Assembly: GCA_050943375.1 (NCBI GenBank)
Contig: JBMNPB010000001.1
Coordinates: 29,392-93,391, forward strand
DNA from: a bacterium
GTDB taxonomy: Bacteria; Bacillota; SLNR01; JBMNPB01
DNA length: 64,000 nucleotides
Direction: 5' to 3'
This document shows positions 50,960 through 60,706 of the stretch, piece after piece. The notes under the pieces are model-generated. The model worked only from the letters and a program-made list of their open reading frames with translations, did no database searches and had not been told where the DNA came from. The translations under genes and the position numbers were made by a program. The number at the start of each line of letters is the position of its first letter. Position 1 is the first letter of the stretch.

Positions 50960-52614
50960 TGGCTACCATCTTGGGAGGAGCGCTGGGTGAAGACGTCCAT
51001 GTCGCCGGGATTATGAATTTTCTCCGCCTGGCGGAAGCACAGGGCTACCGGACGGAATTTCTCGGACCGGCGGTGCCGATTGAGGATTTCATTGGGGCAA
51101 TTCGGGAAACTGACCCGGAAATTGTCGCTGTTGGCTACCGGCTGACTCCGGAAACCGGGGAGGCGATATTGAAAGACTTCCGGGCGGCTCTGGTGGAGGC
51201 GGGTCTGACGCATAAACGCTATTGTTTCGGGGGAACTCCCCCCGTTGCCGGACGGGCCCGGCAAATGGGAATGTTCGAAGCGGTTTTTTCCGGGGAGGAA
51301 CCGCTGGAGAATATTATCGCGTATCTGAAAGGGCAGAACGTCGATGTCAGCTCGGCTGCCGCATTCCCGACCGAACTGGTACCGCGTCTTGCGGGCAAGG
51401 CACCTTTTCCGGTTATCCGGCATCATTTCGGCCTGCCGGCCGAGTCGATCGAGCCGACGGTAGAAGGGATTCGGCGGATAGCCGAAGCAGCGGTGCTCGA
51501 TGTCATCTCGCTGGGGCCGGATCAGGATGCGCAGGAGAATTTCTTTCATCCGGAGCGCTGTGAACCGTCCCGGAAAGGTGCAGGCGGTGTTCCTATCCGC
51601 TCCGAGGACGACTTCCGGGCTTTGTACGCCGCTACGCGGCGAGGCAATTACCCGCTTTTGCGCTCTTACAGCGGAACGAATGATCTGCTGCGGTACGCAA
51701 AAATGCTGCGGGAGACGATCAATAACGCTTGGTGTGCCACATCAACTTTCTGGTTTAACGTTCTCGACCGGCGGGGACCAATACCTCTGGAAGAATCGAT
51801 TACCGAGCATTTCCGACTGATGGCCTGGCACGGAGAGAGGAATATTCCGCTGGAAGGAAACGAATCACACCATTGGGAACTGCGGGATGCGCATGACACG
51901 GTGGCGGTTGCCGCCTCTTATATCAGCGCGTACGCGGCGAAAAAAATGGGGGTGCGGGATTATATCGCCCCGTATATGTTCAATTCCCCGCCGCAGCTTG
52001 CCGACAAAATGGATCTGGCCAAAATGCTCGCCAAGGCGGAAATGGCGGAAGCCTTGCAGGATGACGATTACCGCTGCTACCGCCAGACAAGGACTGGGCT
52101 GCTTAGCTACCCGGTTGATCCGGATTATGCAAAAGGGCAGCTGGCCGCTTCCGTCTATGTGCAAATGGCAATGCATCCGCATATCGTCCATGTTGTGGCG
52201 AGCTGTGAGGCTGATCATGCCGCTACTCCGGAGGACGTCATTGAAAGCTGCAAAATTGCCCGCCAGGTCATCCAGAACAGCCTTTACGGAATGCCGGACA
52301 TGACGGCCGATCCGGAAATCCAGGCAAGGAAAGAAGAATTAAAAACCGAAGCCGAAGTCCTTTTGCAGGCAATCCGGAATTTAGGCAGCGACAAACCAGA
52401 TCCTCTCGTTGACCCGGCTACTCTTGCGCAGGCTGTCAAGCTGGGGCTTTTGGACGCGCCCCATCTGAAAGGGAATCCCCATGGGGCGGGACTGGTAACG
52501 ACTAAAATCGTCAACGGGGCCAATTGTGCCGTTGACCCGGAGACGGGTCGGGTTCTAAAGGAAGCGGAAAGGATAGAACGCCTGGCCGGCCGCAAAGTTA
52601 GCGCGGGACATTAG
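50959..52614 (+). CDS. Cobalamin-binding protein: N-terminal B12 domain fused to an uncharacterised catalytic domain
   Basis: DVHVAG matches the DxHxxG base-off motif; FGG at the end of the B12 domain; C-terminal domain of about 420 aa; start overlaps the upstream stop. Confidence 0.8.
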   Translation: MATILGGALGEDVHVAGIMNFLRLAEAQGYRTEFLGPAVPIEDFIGAIRETDPEIVAVGYRLTPETGEAILKDFRAALVEAGLTHKRYCFGGTPPVAGRARQMGMFEAVFSGEEPLENIIAYLKGQNVDVSSAAAFPTELVPRLAGKAPFPVIRHHFGLPAESIEPTVEGIRRIAEAAVLDVISLGPDQDAQENFFHPERCEPSRKGAGGVPIRSEDDFRALYAATRRGNYPLLRSYSGTNDLLRYAKMLRETINNAWCATSTFWFNVLDRRGPIPLEESITEHFRLMAWHGERNIPLEGNESHHWELRDAHDTVAVAASYISAYAAKKMGVRDYIAPYMFNSPPQLADKMDLAKMLAKAEMAEALQDDDYRCYRQTRTGLLSYPVDPDYAKGQLAASVYVQMAMHPHIVHVVASCEADHAATPEDVIESCKIARQVIQNSLYGMPDMTADPEIQARKEELKTEAEVLLQAIRNLGSDKPDPLVDPATLAQAVKLGLLDAPHLKGNPHGAGLVTTKIVNGANCAVDPETGRVLKEAERIERLAGRKVSAGH

Positions 52615-52639
52615 GTAAGAATTTTGCGACCAAAAAGAA

Positions 52640-52679
52640 CTAAGCAATAGCTGCGGTGCGGGCCGCGGCTATTGCTTAG
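52640..52679 (+). terminator. Hairpin closing the B12/opine operon
   Basis: Inverted repeat ctaagcaatagctgcgg / ccgcggctattgcttag. Confidence 0.65.
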
Positions 52680-52791
52680 CGGAAGGCGGACGACGAACCG
52701 GAAAGAAGGGATGGTCTCGGCTCAAAATCGCGATGTGATTAAATCAGACGAAAGTTAATCGCATTGATTAAGGCGCCGGAAAACGGCTTGC

Positions 52792-52820
52792 TTGACAAAA
52801 CGCCGAAAATCTTCTATAAT
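52792..52820 (+). promoter_or_regulatory. Consensus sigma-A promoter for smpB-ssrA
   Basis: TTGACA, 17 bp, TATAAT. Confidence 0.85.
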
Positions 52821-52925
52821 AATATCGCAAATCACAACAGTAAGTCCGGCAACCCTCCTTGTTTTGGCAGCACTGGTATGGCTTGCAAAAACGAGCGAGG
52901 GTGCGTTTGTCAGAGAGGCGATGTC

Positions 52926-53390
52926 ATGGCGGAAAAAGTAAAAACCGCGACGGAAAACCGTAAAGCACGCCATGATTATTTCATCGAGGAAACATATGAA
53001 GCGGGCATCGCGCTGACCGGGACCGAAGTGAAGTCGCTCCGGGCCGGCAAGGCTAATTTGCGCGACAGCTACGCCCGGATCGAAAACGGCGAAATCTATC
53101 TCTTCAATGCACATATCAGTCCTTATGATCAGGGAAATCGCTTTAATCACGATCCGCTGCGTGTACGTAAACTGTTGCTGCACCGGATGGAAATCAACCG
53201 ACTGCTGGGCAAAGTGAAGGAAAAAGGATTGACGCTGATCCCGCTCCGAATTTATTTTAACGAACGGGGCTTGGCCAAAGTTGAAATCGGCCTCGCCCGC
53301 GGCAAAAAATTGTACGATAAGCGGGATGATATCGCGGAGCGGGATGCCAAGCGGGAGATGGCACGGGCCTTTAAGGCCCGGAATCAATGA
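52926..53390 (+). CDS. smpB: SsrA-binding protein
   Basis: [34 protein letters not shown]. Confidence 0.97.
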   Translation: MAEKVKTATENRKARHDYFIEETYEAGIALTGTEVKSLRAGKANLRDSYARIENGEIYLFNAHISPYDQGNRFNHDPLRVRKLLLHRMEINRLLGKVKEKGLTLIPLRIYFNERGLAKVEIGLARGKKLYDKRDDIAERDAKREMARAFKARNQ

Positions 53391-53397
53391 TAATTTT

Positions 53398-53749
53398 GGG
53401 GGCGACAAGTTTCGACGGGGGTTGTGGGGACGAGAGAAGCAAGCCGAGCTTCCATGTGCTCGTTAAACCGTGGAACCAAGTTAAACGCAGACAACAATTA
53501 CGCTTTAGCCGCCTAATTAGGCGGTCAACGTCCAACTGGCTCCTGTCTGCGGAGACAGTCAGGGCGACAACTTAGCAGACTACTGACGGGCGAGCGCCTG
53601 GTAACCCGCCGGGAAATTTACCGGGCTGGCGCCGACCGGACCCTGCCTTTGGGGTCCGGAAGGGGCGAGACACAAAACAAAGGATAAGCTTGTAGATGCT
53701 CTGGTCAATGCGCTTTCGGACGCGGGTGCAAATCCCGCCGCCTCCACCA
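53398..53749 (+). ncRNA. ssrA: tmRNA; tag reading frame ADNNYALAA at 53487-53516
   Basis: 5' GGGGGCG...TTCGAC, 3' GCGGGTGCAAATCCCGCCGCCTCCACCA; directly after smpB. Confidence 0.95.
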
Positions 53750-53761
53750 AACATATTAAGG

Positions 53762-53797
53762 AAAAGACTCGAGCCCTCGCGGTTCGAGTCCTTTTTT
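53762..53797 (+). terminator. Terminator after ssrA
   Basis: Inverted repeat gactcgagcc / ggttcgagtc followed by cttttttg. Confidence 0.75.
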
Positions 53798-53836
53798 GCT
53801 TACTTTTCCAGGCGCCAAGACTGTCCGATGCTCTTC

Positions 53837-55693
53837 TTAAGCAAGATCGCCAATCCCGGCAGGCTCGCTGGCAAAAGCCTTGGCCGTCGCCGCCGCCGGC
53901 GACAGGAAAACCGCCGCATCGCCGTCCTGAACCAGCCGGGCGTCCGATAATAAGCCGTCCGCTATCGGCGCACTGGCCTGGATATCGGTAATAAACCAAA
54001 TAATCTCTTTCTCGGGCTGCAATTCGATCTGCATCAGGGGCAATAAAACCTTGTTCGACTCATCCGCGCCTCTTCCGTGCATGATGGTGGCTCCTGTCGC
54101 ACCCGCTTGGCGGGCGATGGCGACGACCTGTTCGGCAAATCCCCTGTTTACAATTACCAGGATGCAGTCGTACTGCGAGCTGTCATTTTCCAAGCGAGGG
54201 GATTCGGCATATCTCTTTCCGGCAAAAGCCGGGCGGGCGGCTCTTTCCTCCGTAAACGCGATTCCCAAGACCATGATCGAAAGAACGGGAGCCATTGCGA
54301 CCATTGCGATTACGCCGAACCCGTCCACAAGCACATCGGCCGTTTCGATAACCGTAGCCGCCCCTTGCGCGAAAGCAAGCACAAAGGTTGCCGTCATCGG
54401 CCCGGAAGCAACTCCGCCGGCATCGTAAGCGATCCCCACAAACACCGGATCAACGCGGAATGACAGCAGTATGGCGGCGGCGAAGCCCGGGAGAAGAAAA
54501 TACCACAGTTTAACCTCCGGAACGACAATTCTTACCATGGAGAGGGAGACTGCCAGCGCGACGCCAATGGAAAGCGTCATTCGGATTAGAGCGGCCGGGA
54601 TATGGCCGCCGGTGACTTCTTCGATTTGCTCGCCCAGCACGTGGACGGCAGGTTCCACAAGAACGACTATCAGGCCCAGCAAGGCGCCGGTTCCGATCAG
54701 CACCCAACGGTTCATTTCAGCGAGTTCCATGCCGATAATCCGACCCATGTCCATAAACCCGGAGTTTACGGCGGTAAGGAAGAGAGTAAGCCCCAGCAAC
54801 GTAAACACAAGTCCCTTGATTATTCCGGATAATTCATCCCGCTCTGCTTTGAATTTGACAGTATTGTAAACCAGGAAGAGGATGGTTATCGGCAGAAGGG
54901 CGATGAGAGACTCAAGGAAAATTGCCGGGATTATCTTGATTATTGGCCCGACTACCCCGGCAGCGATAATGTATTCGCCGGCATCTCCCCGGATGTTTTT
55001 CTGGCCGGCTGCCATGGACATCAGCAGCACGGCCAGGATTGGTCCGGCACTCATAATGCCCACCAGTCCGAAGGAGTTCTCCTCCGCGTTCTTGCCGCCC
55101 TTCACCGTGGACAGCCCCAGCGATAAGGCGAGGACAAACGGGGTGGTAAGAGCGCCGGTTGTTGCACCGGAGGCGTCAAAAGAAATGGCGAGAAATTCCT
55201 CGGAAACAAGAAATGTCAAGGCAAGAATAACCGCATAAGTTATTGCCATGAAGCTGTTAAGGGGTTTATCCCGCAACAGCCGGAAAACACCGAGGGAAAT
55301 CATAATGCCCACCCCGATTGATACCAGATAGACAATGACGGATGCGCTTAAAGTATTCCCGGCCGCGGTCTCAATCTGTGCGGCAAGAATAAGCAAGTCT
55401 GGCTCGGCGACAGTAATCAAAAAACCTAGAAGAAAACTAAGCGCCGCAAACTTCGCGGGCGTTCTTGACGTGGCTACTTCCCGGGACATATATTCACCAA
55501 TCGGATTCATAGCCAAATCGATGCCCCACAAAAAAAATGCTAATCCGATTAGGAGCAGCCCGCTGCCGATAATGAAACGGATGATAACATCTGCCGCAAC
55601 CTCAACTATAGTGAAGCAGAGGATCAGCACTAATATCATCACCGGTATCAGGGCGCGGGTGACTTCTTTCGTTTTTGCGAAGATTGGGCTCAT
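53837..55693 (-). CDS. DUF1538 membrane protein (duplicated domain) fused to a C-terminal P-II-like domain
   Basis: ITVAEPDL / LVEPAV, FDASGATTG / YDAGGVASGP; C-terminal VNRG....AR.AGATGATIMHGRG. Confidence 0.82.
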   Translation of the reverse strand: MSPIFAKTKEVTRALIPVMILVLILCFTIVEVAADVIIRFIIGSGLLLIGLAFFLWGIDLAMNPIGEYMSREVATSRTPAKFAALSFLLGFLITVAEPDLLILAAQIETAAGNTLSASVIVYLVSIGVGIMISLGVFRLLRDKPLNSFMAITYAVILALTFLVSEEFLAISFDASGATTGALTTPFVLALSLGLSTVKGGKNAEENSFGLVGIMSAGPILAVLLMSMAAGQKNIRGDAGEYIIAAGVVGPIIKIIPAIFLESLIALLPITILFLVYNTVKFKAERDELSGIIKGLVFTLLGLTLFLTAVNSGFMDMGRIIGMELAEMNRWVLIGTGALLGLIVVLVEPAVHVLGEQIEEVTGGHIPAALIRMTLSIGVALAVSLSMVRIVVPEVKLWYFLLPGFAAAILLSFRVDPVFVGIAYDAGGVASGPMTATFVLAFAQGAATVIETADVLVDGFGVIAMVAMAPVLSIMVLGIAFTEERAARPAFAGKRYAESPRLENDSSQYDCILVIVNRGFAEQVVAIARQAGATGATIMHGRGADESNKVLLPLMQIELQPEKEIIWFITDIQASAPIADGLLSDARLVQDGDAAVFLSPAAATAKAFASEPAGIGDLA

Positions 55694-56367
55694 GATATCG
55701 CTTCCTTACTTCCGGCCGGCCCGTTCTCAACGATGCCGCTGGCCCGACTTACCGGAAGTATAAAGATAATACCGTTCCCGGGTTTGGCAAGCTCCAGATC
55801 AAAAAATATCTTTTCCCGGATGGGAGGAGCTTTTTCTTTAGCGGTGACAATCAGCACCATGTCTTTTTGCGGCTCGATCACTAACGGGAAATAAAAATCG
55901 GTTGGGACGCCGGCCCCATGACCGTGAATCAGAGTTCCTCCTCTGGCGCCCGCGGCTCTTGCCGCTTTGAGGCATTTTTTGCTCCGCCCCTTATCCACGA
56001 TCGTCACAATACAAGAGTATGGGTAATTGTCCTCTCTGCCGGAAAGCTTTACTTCTTGCCGGGAGGCAGGCGGCAACCAACGCCTGAATGGGACAGAGAA
56101 AGCAATTCCCCGGTTCCGTCGGGAGAGCTGGAAGGTCTCGCTAAGCGTTGCGTGCAATTTGGCGCAGATCTCCTCTGAGGTCGGAATCAGCAGGATCTCT
56201 TTATGCACTTCAGTCAGGCCAAGCTTCTCCAAGAGCATGTTTTGTACCGTGCCTTCGCCCAAGACGATCGTTCCGCCCGTGGCGCCGCATTCCCGCGCTT
56301 TGCGCAGAACGGCGTTAGCCTGACCCCGGCTTACGACAACAAATAATAATGTGTTGATATCGATCAC
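55690..56367 (-). CDS. Tandem P-II-like signal transduction protein
   Basis: Two repeats (GATGGTI.LGEG..KE and GARGGTLIHGHG..EPQKD..GNGIIF.LPV). Confidence 0.8.
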   Translation of the reverse strand: MIDINTLLFVVVSRGQANAVLRKARECGATGGTIVLGEGTVQNMLLEKLGLTEVHKEILLIPTSEEICAKLHATLSETFQLSRRNRGIAFSVPFRRWLPPASRQEVKLSGREDNYPYSCIVTIVDKGRSKKCLKAARAAGARGGTLIHGHGAGVPTDFYFPLVIEPQKDMVLIVTAKEKAPPIREKIFFDLELAKPGNGIIFILPVSRASGIVENGPAGSKEAIS

Positions 56368-56420
56368 TCCTTGTCTTTTCTATTCTTGGCTGTTAGCCAG
56401 GTTGTTATAAGTGCCGGCTG

Positions 56421-56547
56421 AAAAATAAGAATGCTGCGGAGCGGCCCCGCGGCATTCTTATTCGGCTAAGAGGGTTTGAACCCGGGAGCGTAATAACCGC
56501 TGACTAATAAAGCGGCCGCGTCAAGGCCGCTTTATTAGTCAGGCGGT
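56421..56547 (-). terminator. Two long hairpins between trkH and the P-II/DUF1538 pair
   Basis: Inverted repeats 56424-56439 / 56447-56462 (U-tract on the minus strand) and a perfect 18-bp pair 56500-56517 / 56525-56542. Confidence 0.6.
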
Positions 56548-56710
56548 AACCAATGCGAATCAGGGCAAGGAAGGGCGCGGTCCGAAACAGAACAAGTTAA
56601 CAGCGCAACGACAGCCGTCGCGGTTTTGACCGGTTACAAGATAAACAGACGCAGGCGGGGCTTGGGCGACCGCCGGCGTCATCTTTTGCAGCGTGATTCT
56701 ACGGGCCGGT

Positions 56711-58153
56711 CTATTTCTTCCAGAAACCAGGCATCAGCAGGATCAGCAACGGATAAATCTCCAGACGCCCGAGGAGCATGCACAGCGACAGCACCACTTT
56801 GGTCAGAGGCGTCAGACCGGCGTAATTCATGACCGGGCCGACGAGGTTAAAACCGGGGCCGATGTTGCCGAGTGTCGCTGCGACTGCCGAGGTGCTGGTG
56901 ATAATGTCCAAGTTCTGCGTCAGCAGGACGAGGGAAGCGAAGACGAAAAGAAGAAGATAAAGGAAAATGAAACTCATCACTTCGCGGACGACATTCTCCG
57001 GAACTGCTTTGTTAGCGGCCAGAACGGGAGTGACGGCCCGCGGGTGAATCAGCGCATACATATCCCGCCTGGTGGCCTTAAGCCCGATCAGAATCCGGAT
57101 TTGCTTGATCGAACCACCGGTAGAGCCGGCGCAACCACCGAAAAACATGAGCAGGAACAGGAGCATTTTGCTGAAAGCCGGCCAGACTTCATAATTCAAA
57201 GTGGAAAGCCCGGTGGTGGTGACAATGGAAGTAACTTGAAAAGAAGCGTCCCGGACCGCTTTATTCCAATCCCACCCATAGGAAGGAATGATATTGCCGA
57301 CAATCAAAGCGATGGTCAGGAAGATTATCAGTAAATAGAAGCGATATTCGCTGTCATTGAAGAGAGTCCGGAGATTTCCCGATCGAATTCCGTAGTACAG
57401 GGAAAAATTGGTTCCGGCGATTACCATAAATATTATCATAATCCATTCGGCCAGCGGGTTGTGATAGCCGCCGACGCTGGCGTTCAGATTGGAAAAGCCG
57501 CCGGTTCCCATGGTGGAAAAGGTGTGCGTGAATGAGTCAAACCAGGATAAGCCGGATAGTCGAAGCAAAATCACTTCGGCCAAGGAGGGCACGGTATAGA
57601 TAGAGTAAAGAATTTTTGCCGTCTGGGCGACCCGGGGCACCAGTTTCCCTGGTGCCGGGCCCGGACTTTCGGCGGCCATGATCTGCATCGTGCCTTGACC
57701 GAGGGCCGGCAGGAGGGCCAAGGTGAAGACAAGGATGCCCATGCCGCCCAGCCAAATGGTGAATGAGCGCCAGAACAGAATGCCGTGTTTTTGAATTTCA
57801 ATGTCCGTCATGACCGTGGCCCCGGTGGTTGTGAAGCCGGAGACAGTTTCAAAGAAGGCGTCGATGAACGACGGGAATACTCCGGCAAAATGAAAGGGCA
57901 AAGCGCCGAAAAAAGCGACGGCGACCCAGCCAAGGCCGACAATGAGAAAGCCTTCCCGGTAGCGGATGACGCCTTTGCGCCGTCTGGCGAAGTACGCCAA
58001 GAGACCGGCAGCGGCAGTCGCGGCAATACTGAACAGCAAGGCAGCAGCGTCGCCTTCTCCATACAGCAACGCTACTGCCAGAGAAGGCAGCATAGCGATT
58101 GCCTCAATTACCAGCAGCAGTCCGAGCGTCTGAATGACTATTCCAATATCCAA
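56711..58153 (-). CDS. trkH: Trk potassium uptake membrane protein TrkH
   Basis: Filter motifs SGFTTTGAT, MGTGGFS, TTTGL, GNIGPG; also GGCAGSTGG and GRLE. Confidence 0.93.
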   Translation of the reverse strand: MDIGIVIQTLGLLLVIEAIAMLPSLAVALLYGEGDAAALLFSIAATAAAGLLAYFARRRKGVIRYREGFLIVGLGWVAVAFFGALPFHFAGVFPSFIDAFFETVSGFTTTGATVMTDIEIQKHGILFWRSFTIWLGGMGILVFTLALLPALGQGTMQIMAAESPGPAPGKLVPRVAQTAKILYSIYTVPSLAEVILLRLSGLSWFDSFTHTFSTMGTGGFSNLNASVGGYHNPLAEWIMIIFMVIAGTNFSLYYGIRSGNLRTLFNDSEYRFYLLIIFLTIALIVGNIIPSYGWDWNKAVRDASFQVTSIVTTTGLSTLNYEVWPAFSKMLLFLLMFFGGCAGSTGGSIKQIRILIGLKATRRDMYALIHPRAVTPVLAANKAVPENVVREVMSFIFLYLLLFVFASLVLLTQNLDIITSTSAVAATLGNIGPGFNLVGPVMNYAGLTPLTKVVLSLCMLLGRLEIYPLLILLMPGFWKK

Positions 58154-59504
58154 TATGCTCTTTCCCTTCCCTGCCGATGAATAATCTCCTGACTTTCTCT
58201 GTTTCAGAGGCGCGGCAGATCACGATGATGCGATCATTCTCCAGGATACGGTCGTTGCCGTGAGGAACGATGATTTCCTCGCCCCGGATGATGGTGGTGA
58301 TAATCACGTCCCGCGGCAGAGAGAGCCGGTGCAGAGGGATATTCAGGGCAGAGGAAGCCGGGGCGACGGATATCTCCATAATTTCCGCCTGCCCGCCCAG
58401 CAGAAAAGACAGAGAGACGAGTTTGTCCCCGCGAATGAAACGGAGGACTTCACTGGCTGTTATCAGACTCGGGGTGATCACGGCGTCAACCCCGATATTC
58501 TCCACCAGGGAAATATACCCTTGCCGGTTGACCTTGGAGACGACTTTTTTGGCGCCGAGCTGTTTGGCCAGGAGGGCCATCAAGGCATTTTCCTCGTCGA
58601 TACCGGTCACGGTAACGAAAGCATCCATCCCGGCGATGTTCTCCGCCTGCAGCAATTCCACATCGGTTCCGTCGCCGTTGATGACCAGGGCGTAAGGGAT
58701 TTCTTCCGATAATTCTCTCGCCCGCTGCGGGTCTTTCTCAATTACCTTAATTGCAATCCCTTGCCGGTGCAGATACTCGGCCAAATAACTCGTTATCCGC
58801 CCGCCGCCCATAATCATGACATCACGGATGCGCTTGGGCGTTTTGCCGATATATTTGCAGAAATCGGCCAAAGCCGGTTTTTTGCCCACGACAAAAATGT
58901 TGTCTTCGGCCCGGAGTACGGTGTCGCCTTTAGGGATGACCAGTTCCCCGGCCCGGGAAACGGCGGCAATGAGAATGTTTTTGAAACCGTTATAGTCACG
59001 CAGCGGCATATCTAAGAAAGGATTGTCGGCTTCGACCGGCAGTTCGACCATCTGGACCTTTCCTTTGGCAAACTCTTCGATCTGTCCGGCCGGAGAGAAG
59101 TCAAGCAGGCGGCTGATTTCGGCGGCGGTCGCCTTCTCCGGATTGATGACATAGTCGATAGACAAACTTTCCTTGGTCAATGCCAAATCCTTGGCGTAAG
59201 CCGGATTGCGGATGCGGGCGATGGTACCGCCCGCCCCCATGTGCCGGGCGGAAAGACAGGCCAGAATATTCCCTTCATCGCTGCCGGTTACGGCAACAAC
59301 CAAATCCTCCCCGTTTACCCCCAGTTCCCGGAGTGTCTTACCGATGAGGCCGTTAGCATGAATGGCGAGCACATCAAGATTTTCATTGACTTTGCTGACG
59401 ATTTGCTCGTTGCTGTCAATGACTACGACATCGATATTCTCTTTGACAAGGGTATCGGCTATTTGATAGCCGATCTTGCCGGCTCCGATAATAATCGCTC
59501 GCAT
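58104..59504 (-). CDS. trkA: Trk potassium uptake regulatory subunit TrkA (two RCK modules)
   Basis: GAGKIG and GGGRIT Rossmann motifs, D(E/D).N motifs, IPKGD and VPHGN. Confidence 0.92.
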   Translation of the reverse strand: MRAIIIGAGKIGYQIADTLVKENIDVVVIDSNEQIVSKVNENLDVLAIHANGLIGKTLRELGVNGEDLVVAVTGSDEGNILACLSARHMGAGGTIARIRNPAYAKDLALTKESLSIDYVINPEKATAAEISRLLDFSPAGQIEEFAKGKVQMVELPVEADNPFLDMPLRDYNGFKNILIAAVSRAGELVIPKGDTVLRAEDNIFVVGKKPALADFCKYIGKTPKRIRDVMIMGGGRITSYLAEYLHRQGIAIKVIEKDPQRARELSEEIPYALVINGDGTDVELLQAENIAGMDAFVTVTGIDEENALMALLAKQLGAKKVVSKVNRQGYISLVENIGVDAVITPSLITASEVLRFIRGDKLVSLSFLLGGQAEIMEISVAPASSALNIPLHRLSLPRDVIITTIIRGEEIIVPHGNDRILENDRIIVICRASETEKVRRLFIGREGKEHIGYWNSHSDARTAAGN

Positions 59505-60337
59505 TTATATCTCCTCCGATCCACTTCTCCGACTGGAAGCGGAAACGTCTTATGATTGATATCCCGGTAATATCGGTGGGTGCGGCGAAAGGTGCGGTTT
59601 CTTATCCTTCAAATTTATGGTGTTGAAGCTCCGGAGTTTTCGGCGACGGAAAGGAAGTGCCGAATATCATGCGGATGCGCTGACGCACGGCTAACGCACG
59701 GTGGTAATTCCGCCGGGAAGTCGTAGCGGCGCGCTCGTGACATACTTATCAGCCGATGGCTATTTCTGTCTGGAACATTAAATCCATTATACCAGACAAA
59801 ACACTTTTTTTAGTACCTTTATGGAAGTATACTCTATTTCCGCGACTTCGACAAATCTTGTCGGAGCAGGGATAAGAACGGGAACTACAGAAAAGGGCAA
59901 GAAGCCGGCCTTTATCTGAATGGTACCGGCCAGTGCCTTAAATACACGACAAATTAAAGAAAAAACGAAAACATATAACACATTGCAAACGAAGCGGATT
60001 AGTGCGCTACCGGATTGATAATCGGGCAGGCGGCTGGGAGAAGCAGTAAACCGTTGGCCGCATTTTGCGATTGCGACCAACGGTTTGACTTTCATATCCC
60101 GACCGGCGGAGAAAAAAGCCCGGGCGGCAAGCCGGTTCAGACTGATGCTGCAGCTGGCAGCCGTTCTTGTTGTGAATGCGAAGGTGAAGGCGAGTGAAAC
60201 TTCACATGGTTGTCGAGATTAAAACGGGGGATACAAAACCGTCCCGGGACAATTCCACATCCCCGCCTCGTTGCTGCCGGGAAATCCAGTGCTTCGGCAT
60301 GATGGAACGGTTGCTGATTTACTCCGGACCGAAATTG

Positions 60338-60691
60338 CTAGCCTTTCGGCTTGAAAACAAGAGCGCTGAAAAACCCGAATATGATAGCGGCGGAGATGCC
60401 GGCGCTGGTAACCTCGAAAATGCCGGTCAGCACTCCGATTAATCCGGTGCTCTCAGCTTCCAGCAGCGCCCCCTTGAGCAGGGAATTCCCGAAACTGCTG
60501 ATGGGGACTGTCGCACCGGCCCCGGCGAATTTAACGAGGGGTTCGTACAGGCCGAGGCCGCTCAGAACGGCGCCGGCCACCACTAAAGTGCTCATGGTGT
60601 GGGCCGGGGTAAGCTTAAAGACGTCCATCATGATCTGACCGACGACGCAAAACAGGCCGCCGACAACAAATGCCCAGATAAATTTCTCCAT
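60338..60691 (-). CDS. spoVAE: Stage V sporulation protein AE (SpoVAEb)
   Basis: AFVVGG..C..GQ, AGAGA.VP.SSFG, FKPKG end. Confidence 0.92.
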   Translation of the reverse strand: MEKFIWAFVVGGLFCVVGQIMMDVFKLTPAHTMSTLVVAGAVLSGLGLYEPLVKFAGAGATVPISSFGNSLLKGALLEAESTGLIGVLTGIFEVTSAGISAAIIFGFFSALVFKPKG

Positions 60692-60706
60692 TTCAGACCT
60701 CCCGTT

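Noticed and set aside
53398-56400. Genomic island integrated at tmRNA
   Set aside because: No integrase and no duplicated ssrA 3' end seen; the downstream genes look native
59787-60442. Short ORFs between trkA and spoVAE
   Set aside because: No RBS or family motifs; the region holds a hairpin (about 60046-60084) and promoter-like sequence
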